From: Caldivirga maquilingensis IC-167 | GTDB lineage: Archaea; Thermoproteota; Thermoprotei; Thermoproteales; Thermocladiaceae | DNA: 32,000 nt | Assembly: GCF_000018305.1 (NCBI RefSeq) | Contig: NC_009954.1 | Location: forward strand, 540,001 to 572,000 | Direction: 5' to 3' | Shown: piece after piece, positions 25,424 to 32,000 of the stretch | Position numbering within the stretch: position 1 is the first letter of the stretch | Layout: each line of letters opens with the position of its first letter | Notes under the pieces: model-generated | Database searches by the model: none | The model's input: the letters and a program-made list of their open reading frames with translations, nothing else | Told to the model about the DNA's origin: nothing | Made by a program: the position numbers and the translations under genes

Positions 25424-25909
25424 TCAATGGGATGCTGACGCTAGTATTTTCTCAGCTTCCTTAATCATCTTCTCAACCTCACTCATATATACAGCTACAT
25501 CATCCACAGATAACTTAGCTTCATGAAAACCATACACATGAAGAAAATACGCACTACCCCATCCACTCAATACCCAATCGCCTAACGCCTTCAGCTTACT
25601 AACAGCGGAGCCTAATCGGTAAGTGTACCATCTACCCTCCCTCACGGCTGATTGGTGTTCAGGTAAATTATACTTCTCAGCTAATGCTTTCACAGTCTCC
25701 TCAGCAGCCTTATAGGCTTTCTCACTGGCTTGAACAGCATCACCCTTAGCTAAATACTCCCTAGCTTCACTAATGTATTTCCTAGCCAAGTCTAGTCTTA
25801 TCCTCATGCTCTCTGACGGATCACTTTTAGATATTTCACTTAGCACTAAGTCAACTATATTAATACCCTTCTCCTCAGCTATTCTTATTAACTCCTTAGG
25901 TATTTCCAC
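25424..25909 (-). CDS. PaREP1/PaREP8-family protein (archaeal all-alpha, HEPN-related family)
   Basis: 161 aa. ...ARKYISEAREYLAKGDAVQASEKAYKAAEETVKALAEKYNLPEH...WYTYRLGSAVSKL...GSAYFLHVYGFHEAKLSVDDV fits my recollection of the PaREP1 family consensus. Confidence 0.65.
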   Translation of the reverse strand: MEIPKELIRIAEEKGINIVDLVLSEISKSDPSESMRIRLDLARKYISEAREYLAKGDAVQASEKAYKAAEETVKALAEKYNLPEHQSAVREGRWYTYRLGSAVSKLKALGDWVLSGWGSAYFLHVYGFHEAKLSVDDVAVYMSEVEKMIKEAEKILASASH

Positions 25910-26575
25910 GGTTATTAAACACCTTGGGAAGTTATTAAGCTTTCAGTATTAATGTATTAATGATTATTAATTCATATCGCATGAACGCTGAAGAACTCCT
26001 AATTTTCATTTACCTTAAATGCACTATATAATGCATAAGTAGACTTTACTCTGGATTAAGGCTATTGAATATGACTTAATTGATGCTGAGATAAATGCTT
26101 AAGGCGCCGTTCTTCATTATACATGGAGAAACACCGCCTAAGAGACATAATTTTCACACCGCTAGTAAAGTACCATACTATCATGCGTTATCCCGATGTG
26201 GTAAATGGATTACTCAGCGAACCTGTTGATTAGTTTAAGACCGAGGAGTCTTAGAGTTTGGCTAAGAGAATGGTTAAGTATGAAGCAATACACCTGAGGA
26301 GGTTCTTAGAAGACATTGAGGCATTCTTGAGGGAAATTAATTAAGGAGCTGGTTAAGTATGAGCGATTTAGTATAGTTTCCAGGGATTTTGAGGTAATGA
26401 GTTTCTTGAATAGTCTTTTATGTCCCTAATAAGATTCGGTGGAATTTTGGACTTATGTATTTCATTGAGGTAATTCCATTAACGTAACTGGAATTCCTAG
26501 AGAGACTATAGGACTAGTTAGACTGAATCTATTGAAGGCTTAATTATTGATTTATGCACGGTGTTAGGTGTTCAT

Positions 26576-26950
26576 CTACTTAAGTAACTCCTCCTTAGCC
26601 CTAATGATCATTTCCTCAACATCCTTAATATACTCCTTCACTGAATTAACATCGAGTTTACCCTCATGAAAACCCCAGACGTGGAGTAGGTATGTTGAGG
26701 ACTATCCTCTCCTACTCCACTCATATTTTGAAGCAACAGAGGATAAGTGATAAATGTACCATTCACCCTCCTTCACGGCCATTTGATACTCAGGTAGGTT
26801 AAACTTCTCGGCAATAGCCTTGATAACCTCCTCAGCGGCCTTATACGCCTTCTCTGAGGCTTGAATTACGTCACCGGCATTTAACCTTTCTCTAGACTCC
26901 CTAATTGATTCCTCAGTGATACGCATTAACTCCTCTATAGGATTACTCAT
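26576..26950 (-). pseudogene. Frameshifted PaREP1-family paralog
   Basis: Track ORF 26702-26950 (…DVIQASEKAYKAAEEVIKAIAEKFNLPEYQMAVKEGEWYIYHLSSVASKYEWSRRG*) stops early. In another frame just downstream, my translation of 26576-26698 gives STYLLHVWGFHEGKLDVNSVKEYIKDVEEMIIRAKEELLK*. This aligns with the C-terminus of the intact copy (SAYFLHVYGFHEAKLSVDDVAVYMSEVEKMIKEAEKIL). Confidence 0.7.
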
Positions 26951-27029
26951 AAAGGATTCTAATGCCTTTTCTTAAAAATACTTTCCACATGAATCCGTAT
27001 TCACCTAGGCATAGTTTTAAGGCTGTGAG

Positions 27030-27974
27030 TCACATTCTTCTAATCATCTTAATGAGCGCCTTAACAGCCTTATTATACTCCCTGCAGTTTATTGGTTCCC
27101 CAGCATATACGTGTCTCTCGTAGGTTGAAATTACATTAAGCACCAATTCACGGTCACTGGTGTAGTAGGATATGTATTTAAGTAATTCACTTCTCGTTAA
27201 GTCAGGCTTATATATTTGAAGAAACTTGTTCAACCTATTAACCACCCTCCTCATTCCGTTAACGGCGCAGTCCTCATTAGTACTTAATTCACTAATGGTT
27301 AGGACGATTAGGATTATGGAAATTAAAGCTAAGGCAATTAATACTATTAACTCAGGTGAGGCGAATTCATTAACCACACCGCTTACCGTGGTGGTTACTG
27401 TGACTGAGGCATTAAGGTAAGGCTCACCACCATACCTATTTGCGCCAGGTGGTAGAAAGTGACCAATCATTGTTGTGTTACCGAGGTAAGGATTAATAGG
27501 ATTCAGTGGGTTAACTAACTCCTCACTGGTTTCGTTTAATGAACCTGAGGGTAAGGATTGATTAGCCTGGGGACTTGCTGGTTGCTGAGTAGGCTTGAGG
27601 GGTGAGGCTAAGCTAATGTAAACTATGAGTTTAGTTAAGTTAACAGCCTCATGCTCAACCTCTATTACACCATAGGCTAGGTACGGCTTATTATTAAGTA
27701 TCAGGAATCCACTGAATTCCACTGCCTGAGTGAAGTTAATTGTGGAGTAGGCTTGAGCCTCATTAATTAGGCTTGAGGCAGTTGGCTCAGTTAATATGAG
27801 GACCCCCATGGATCCATTATACTTAACGCTCAGGGGAATGAGCTTAATAAGGGAGTAGTTAAGGGGCGTTAACACTACACTGGTCTCATTCTGAGGCATT
27901 AGTAGTGGTGAGGAGGCTACACTGATGGCTAATACCACTGTAATAAAGTATATATAACCTTTCTTAACGTTCAC
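27030..27974 (-). CDS. Bitopic membrane protein: signal anchor, glycosylated ectodomain, TM, cytoplasmic DUF4129-like tail
   Basis: N-terminal hydrophobic YIYFITVVLAISVASSP. About 9 N-x-S/T sequons. TM helix LIVLIALALISIILIVLTI. The C-terminal LTRSELLKYISYYTSDRELVLNVISTYERHVYAGEPIN resembles the DUF4129 T.rE......l..l...YE...Y motif. GTG start, with a TATA (27997-28005) about 27 nt upstream. Confidence 0.55.
   Translation of the reverse strand: MNVKKGYIYFITVVLAISVASSPLLMPQNETSVVLTPLNYSLIKLIPLSVKYNGSMGVLILTEPTASSLINEAQAYSTINFTQAVEFSGFLILNNKPYLAYGVIEVEHEAVNLTKLIVYISLASPLKPTQQPASPQANQSLPSGSLNETSEELVNPLNPINPYLGNTTMIGHFLPPGANRYGGEPYLNASVTVTTTVSGVVNEFASPELIVLIALALISIILIVLTISELSTNEDCAVNGMRRVVNRLNKFLQIYKPDLTRSELLKYISYYTSDRELVLNVISTYERHVYAGEPINCREYNKAVKALIKMIRRM
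27949..27957 (+). promoter_or_regulatory. TATA box for the 27982 operon, embedded in the first codons of the divergent gene
   Basis: TATATATAA is centred about 29 nt upstream of GTG 27982. Confidence 0.4.
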
Positions 27975-27981
27975 ACATTAG

Positions 27982-29523
27982 GTGACTGAAGAGGTGTTAA
28001 TATTACTTTCCCTAAAGCTCATGGCTTACGCCCTATTATCCATCATGGGTAACGCCTCATGCGTAATGGTTCCCAGTATAAATAATACTGTAATTAACCT
28101 AACCCTTAACGGTACAGGCTTTGAATTAACATTAATTAAAAGTAATATTACTGTTACCGGCCTTAATTTAACTTTAAATAATTACTATAACGTATCAATA
28201 ATGGGTAAATACGCTGAGGAGTTCATGAAGCTTGGTGAAGCCTATTGTGAGGGATCCTTCGGTAAAATGTACATTATTGGTAATAATGCTTACTTTATTA
28301 ATTCAACAAGCAGTGGATTAATCGTCGGCGTCACAGGTAACTTAACCATTAATGAGGTGTCGATGACCTGCCCCATGGTACCTGCCTTGAATACTCCATA
28401 TATTAAGGTTATATATATTAATGGAACTGGGTGCCTAATTACTACTAAGTTAGGTGGAGGCGTGCACATGGCGCGTAATATGACTTCAGTTAATTTAATG
28501 CTCAATGGTTTCATGCCAATACCCTTTAAGGTCACCTTCAGTGGAATCTTCAATACATACACCTACGGGGGTGGGTTGGGGCTTGGGAACGCTTTCCCAA
28601 CAAGCGTACTACTGGTAACTAAGTCCGCTGAATTAGTGGCTAGGGTTGAGTCAAGTGCACCGTTTTACCTCAGATTCTATGTTTTCGATAATGTGACTAA
28701 AGGCTATAGCCTTAACTATACATTGAAGCCTATAGTTTCCTTCGAAACCATACCTTACACAGTGGTTATGTTCACTGGTAATGTAACAGACTGCAGGGTG
28801 TATAATGTTACCGTCTACTTAATTCACCCTGAAAACATTATACCTATACCGATACCTGTTAATGAAAATGAGTCATTTGTGGTTGCACGCTATGTTGAAA
28901 TCGAGTACACTAATCCTCCCTCCAGTCTACTTTACTTGATTGAACCCGGTAAGGTACTTATGGTAAGTAACCCAGTAAGTGAAGTAGGGTATAGTGTTGA
29001 GGCTTGTAAAGCAACTAGTGTGGAAGCTGCAGCCATTAATGACCCATATGCACTCCTATATAGGTCCACGGTTAAATTACCCGTAACCATTAACGCTACA
29101 ACACCCATGAAGGGGGCTTTAGCCATATTTAAATTATTCAATAATGATACTGTTAAGGAGTTATTAAGTAATGCCTTAAATTACCCATGGAGCCCACTGG
29201 TGGCTAGTGCCGCAGCCATGTACCTCTATAGGGCCTCAGGGTACCCGGCTAGGGTTATCCTAGGCACTATACCCGTTAAGTATGATGGGGAATACTTAGA
29301 GTACGGTTACTTGCCTTGGGTTGAATTATACTACGGTGGTTGGATTGACTTCAAACCCTACAGGGGCTTACCAGTATCACCCAATGGTGGTGGATTAGGT
29401 GCATTATTCACTAAGTATGGTATAGTTAACTACGTGGGTGTTAGCGTACTTTTAGTGCTACCGGCGTTACTAATTTATTACCTATACCTTTACTTAACAG
29501 CGAGGGGTGTTTACAGTGAGTGA
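27982..29523 (+). CDS. Glycoprotein-like ectodomain protein with catalytically inactive transglutaminase-core-like domain and C-terminal TM anchor
   Basis: 513 aa with at least 17 N-x-S/T sequons by my count. The C-terminal region NYPWSPLVASAAAMYLYRASGYPARVILG...YLPWVELYYGGWIDFKP aligns to the transglutaminase core pattern G.C..FA.....LRA.GIPAR.V.G...HAW.EVY...GW...DP. A TM helix VGVSVLLVLPALLIYYLYLYL follows. An alternative start is ATG 28021. Confidence 0.55.
   Translation: MTEEVLILLSLKLMAYALLSIMGNASCVMVPSINNTVINLTLNGTGFELTLIKSNITVTGLNLTLNNYYNVSIMGKYAEEFMKLGEAYCEGSFGKMYIIGNNAYFINSTSSGLIVGVTGNLTINEVSMTCPMVPALNTPYIKVIYINGTGCLITTKLGGGVHMARNMTSVNLMLNGFMPIPFKVTFSGIFNTYTYGGGLGLGNAFPTSVLLVTKSAELVARVESSAPFYLRFYVFDNVTKGYSLNYTLKPIVSFETIPYTVVMFTGNVTDCRVYNVTVYLIHPENIIPIPIPVNENESFVVARYVEIEYTNPPSSLLYLIEPGKVLMVSNPVSEVGYSVEACKATSVEAAAINDPYALLYRSTVKLPVTINATTPMKGALAIFKLFNNDTVKELLSNALNYPWSPLVASAAAMYLYRASGYPARVILGTIPVKYDGEYLEYGYLPWVELYYGGWIDFKPYRGLPVSPNGGGLGALFTKYGIVNYVGVSVLLVLPALLIYYLYLYLTARGVYSE
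27997..28005 (-). promoter_or_regulatory. TATA box for the 27974 gene, embedded in the first codons of the divergent gene
   Basis: TTAATATTA (palindromic core TAATATTA) is centred about 27 nt upstream of the GTG at 27974 on the minus strand. Confidence 0.4.
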
Positions 29524-30457
29524 TACTCAAGCGGTAGGTACGGTACTTAGTAGGATGTTGACTGAGTTATCTAAGGTTATTGTTGGTTATGAGGAGGAGG
29601 CCACAGTAATGTTCGCCACACTACTGGCAAGTGGCCATGTCCTACTTGAGGGTGTGCCTGGGGTTGGTAAAACAACGCTGGCTAAGGCATTCGCCAAGAC
29701 CCTTAGCCTAAGCTTCAGTAGGATTCAATTCACCCCTGACCTTCTTCCAAGTGATGTTGTTGGTACTGTGGTTTATAACCCTAAGATTAATGACTTCGAG
29801 GTTAAGCTTGGGCCAATATTCGCAAACATAGTGCTTGCCGATGAGATTAATAGGGCTCCACCTAAGACCCAGGCTGGTTTACTTGAGGCAATGCAGGAGG
29901 GGCAGGTAACCATTGGTGGGAAGTCCTTTAAGTTACCTAAACCATTCATGGTTATTGCAACCCAGGACCCAAGGGAATTAAGCGGCACTTACCCACTCCC
30001 TGAGGCTCAATTAGACAGATTCATGACTAGGATTTACTTAACTTACCCAAGCTTTGATGAGGAGGTTCAAATAAGCATAAACACTAACCTAGGTAGGGTT
30101 GAGTTAGTTAGGCAAGTTATCTCAATTGAGGAGTTAAATAAATTGATTGACCAGGTTGATGGAGTTAAGTTAACGCGCCCAGTGGCTAATTATATAGTTA
30201 ACGTGGTTAGGGCAACAAGGGAGTATAAGGGTGTTAGGCTTGGGGCCAGTACTAGGGCTATTCAAATGCTTAGTAGGTTAGCTAGGGCCTGGGCATTGAT
30301 TCATGAGAGGAATTACGTAGTCCCAGAGGATGTAATTAAAGTTGCACCATACGTGCTAGCCCACAGGATCTTCTCCTCATCAGTTGATCCGGAGAAGGTT
30401 ATTGAGGATGTTTTAAAGGGTGTTGAAACCCCTGAGGCTAGTTTAATAAGGAGGTAA
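29507..30457 (+). CDS. MoxR-family AAA+ ATPase (AAA_3 type)
   Basis: VIVGYEEEATVMFATLLASGHVLLEGVPGVGKTTLAKA (Walker A), NIVLADEINRAPPKTQAGLLEAMQE (Walker B), VIATQDP (sensor 1), LDRF, and the C-terminal lid GASTRAIQMLSRLARAWALIHERNYVVPEDV. It overlaps the upstream gene by 17 nt. GTG 29516, with the SD-like GAGGGGTG, is an alternative start. Confidence 0.88.
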   Translation: MFTVSDTQAVGTVLSRMLTELSKVIVGYEEEATVMFATLLASGHVLLEGVPGVGKTTLAKAFAKTLSLSFSRIQFTPDLLPSDVVGTVVYNPKINDFEVKLGPIFANIVLADEINRAPPKTQAGLLEAMQEGQVTIGGKSFKLPKPFMVIATQDPRELSGTYPLPEAQLDRFMTRIYLTYPSFDEEVQISINTNLGRVELVRQVISIEELNKLIDQVDGVKLTRPVANYIVNVVRATREYKGVRLGASTRAIQMLSRLARAWALIHERNYVVPEDVIKVAPYVLAHRIFSSSVDPEKVIEDVLKGVETPEASLIRR

Positions 30458-30472
30458 GGTAGGTAAGTAACC

Positions 30473-31543
30473 GTGGTAAGTGCAGCAAGTAGGGTGAAGG
30501 CAGTATTAAGGACATTAACCAGGCGACAGGTAATTGACCAGATTAGGGCTGTGGCTCAACCGCTGATAATGGTTGTTGTGTCCTACATCGGCTTCATTAA
30601 TGGTTCACCTCAATTAACCATAGTAGCCTCCCTAGCCCTACTCTTCTACACATCCTACGCGCTCTCATGGTATGTGTCGCGTACAGTGGAGTTAAGGAGC
30701 ATTAAGGTTGAGTTACCATCCCATGCAATACATAGGGGTGAGGGTATTAGGGTTAAGGCGCCTATTGGGGTTGAGGTTAAGCCTATTGTATCAAGGCACG
30801 TGGTCGTTAAGGGTGATGAATTAATCTTTAAGTGGAGTGGTGTCGCTAGGCTGCTTGGCTTCCTATTAACCGCTTACGACTCCCTAACTGGGTTAACATT
30901 ATCTAGGTTTCAGCAATTGAAATCAACAGTAATGGTTCTACCAGGGCCGTTGGAGGGGGCTGGGATTGGGGCCTCAAGGCTTCTTGAAACTGGGGCTGAG
31001 GAGTATAGGGGTCTTGTTGAGTATGATTACTCTAAGCCAGCCTCAAGGATTCACTGGCCATCCTCAGCTAAGGTTGATTCACTCATAGCTAAGGATTACA
31101 GTGAGGAGGCGGCTAGGTTAACCGTATCCATACCCGCCTTACCTGAATTATTAACTGGAGGTGATGTTAGGCCTATTGATAGGGTTCTCATGGTTCTTGA
31201 GGAATTGGCTAGGCAACATGGGTTAATTAGGGTTCTTTTAATTGGACCAGGTATATCGGAGAGTATTAACGTGAGCGTTAATGAAGTACCCATTATTGAG
31301 GGCTTACTTGTTGACGCCTACTCATGGGCTAGGGATGAGAATGAGGTTAGGCGGCTAAGTAGGTTAATTAATGCGCCAAGTGAGGAGGCTGCCTGGGTCG
31401 TGTACCCTAACCCTAAACCTAATGAGGAGGGGTGGGATTACTTCATAGTTAATGCCACAGGTCACTTAGCGATAATACCCGGTGAAGAGGCTAAATACGC
31501 TGTTCAATTAAGGAGGAGAGGTATTGAGACCCTGGTGGTTTAA
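30473..31543 (+). CDS. DUF58-family protein (VWA-like partner of MoxR) with N-terminal TM hairpin and degenerate MIDAS
   Basis: Two N-terminal TM helices. The DUF58 core is EYRGLVEYDYSKPASRIHWPSSAKVDSLIAKDYSEE (pattern R.Y..GD....I.W..sAr...l.v..y). The following strand reads ARLTVSIPALP where DUF58/VWA proteins usually have hhhhDxSxS. Confidence 0.7.
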   Translation: MVSAASRVKAVLRTLTRRQVIDQIRAVAQPLIMVVVSYIGFINGSPQLTIVASLALLFYTSYALSWYVSRTVELRSIKVELPSHAIHRGEGIRVKAPIGVEVKPIVSRHVVVKGDELIFKWSGVARLLGFLLTAYDSLTGLTLSRFQQLKSTVMVLPGPLEGAGIGASRLLETGAEEYRGLVEYDYSKPASRIHWPSSAKVDSLIAKDYSEEAARLTVSIPALPELLTGGDVRPIDRVLMVLEELARQHGLIRVLLIGPGISESINVSVNEVPIIEGLLVDAYSWARDENEVRRLSRLINAPSEEAAWVVYPNPKPNEEGWDYFIVNATGHLAIIPGEEAKYAVQLRRRGIETLVV

Positions 31544-31544
31544 C

Positions 31545-32000
31545 ATGGATTATTGTAGACTTACGTTAATTTTAATGATTATTACCGGTATGGCCTTAAT
31601 AATAACCACCGGTTACCTACCGTTAATACCATTAGCGGCATTACTACCGCTCCTACTCCTTATTAAGCCCAAGTACTGTGAATACACCACGCTTAGCCTA
31701 GCTGCATTACTACCCCTTGCCCTACTTCCCTCACAGGGCCCACTGCCCTTAAGCCTAGGCTTAATCGAGGAGTTACTCTACGCTTCACTGCTTATTACTA
31801 GGTTAACTAGGGCTGGTGAATTAACCATGATACTTAACATGGTCTTATCCATAGCCTTATTCACACTATACTACTTTACTGATGCCTGGAAACCGCTTGT
31901 GGATTACGTTGTTAGCCTAATACCCTTAACCAGTGGTCAAATTATAGGCATATCATTGCTAAACTCAATGATGTTAACCGTTGTGAGCATAATCATAATT
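31545..32000 (+). CDS. Polytopic membrane protein, N-terminal 152 aa (continues beyond window)
   Basis: Absent from the ORF track because it is open at the window end. The ATG lies 1 nt after the DUF58 stop. My translation is MDYCRLTLILMIITGMALIITTGYLPLIPLAALLPLLLLIKPKYCEYTTLSLAALLPLALLP...ILNMVLSIALFTLYYF...GISLLNSMMLTVVSIIII, with at least 5 hydrophobic helices. Confidence 0.6.
   Translation, partial: MDYCRLTLILMIITGMALIITTGYLPLIPLAALLPLLLLIKPKYCEYTTLSLAALLPLALLPSQGPLPLSLGLIEELLYASLLITRLTRAGELTMILNMVLSIALFTLYYFTDAWKPLVDYVVSLIPLTSGQIIGISLLNSMMLTVVSIIII

Noticed and set aside
353-31293. Short track ORFs lying antisense to, or nested within, longer well-supported genes. These are 353-562, 1411-1689, 2110-2334, 4550-4732, 6701-7075, 9453-9698, 9936-10295, 10917-11123, 11232-11414, 11798-12025, 12320-12628, 14656-14916, 17374-17565, 18101-18505, 23007-23228, 23520-23741, 23775-24029, 24680-25093, 27226-27420, 28290-28562, 28932-29141, 29773-29988 and 31096-31293.
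   Set aside because: Each overlaps a longer ORF that has clear family motifs. Their translations are low-complexity (Ser/Leu/Pro/Thr-rich), which is typical of antisense frames. None has its own promoter-like element.
1-32000. CRISPR arrays, rRNA genes, transposases or IS elements, and integrases.
   Set aside because: I found no regularly spaced direct repeats, no rRNA-like GC-rich long non-coding segment, and no ORF with DDE/transposase or tyrosine-recombinase motifs on either strand.

Overview
The window reads as a chromosomal segment of a hyperthermophilic crenarchaeon, probably Thermoproteales (Caldivirga/Vulcanisaeta-like). That placement is an inference from four observations: archaeal-only genes (A-ATPase subunit C, exosome Csl4, RNase P protein Rpp29, PaREP1 family), eukaryote-like uS19/uS17, about 43-45 percent GC with AGG/TTA-rich codon usage, and TATA boxes centred about 27 nt upstream of start codons, which implies leaderless mRNAs.

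Positions 1-25.3 kb are mostly housekeeping:
- MFS transporter and a WtpABC/ModABC-like oxyanion importer
- atpC, csl4 and an orphan AAA+ ATPase
- cobD-cobS, rnp1, rps19-rps17
- a bacterial-type pterin module (folB/folK fusion + SDR, and folE)
- htpX, ctaB, a lysA-like decarboxylase, tRNA-Gln(UUG), a methyltransferase, dcd
- a Tat-signal beta-helix protein, a HAD-like protein, glmS with a glmU-like gene, and aroC

Positions 25.3-32 kb look accessory. They hold two PaREP1 paralogs (one frameshifted) flanking a stop-riddled gene remnant. After that comes a divergent five-gene membrane/envelope module built around an intact MoxR AAA+ ATPase. Its partners are a DUF58 protein, a heavily N-glycosylation-sequon-rich protein with a catalytically dead transglutaminase-like domain, a DUF4129-like membrane protein and a polytopic membrane protein. 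I rate this module the best candidate for an undescribed system.

The ORF track cannot show RNA genes, and reading the intergenic DNA gave four:
- tRNA-Gln with encoded CCA
- a textbook C/D box sRNA at 16693-16747
- a second, weaker C/D candidate at 21004-21058
- a K-turn hairpin followed by ACA (H/ACA-like) at 9252-9327

Each of the three sRNA candidates has a TATA box about 27 nt upstream. I found no CRISPR array, transposase or integrase. All family assignments come from motif recognition by eye; no database search was run.
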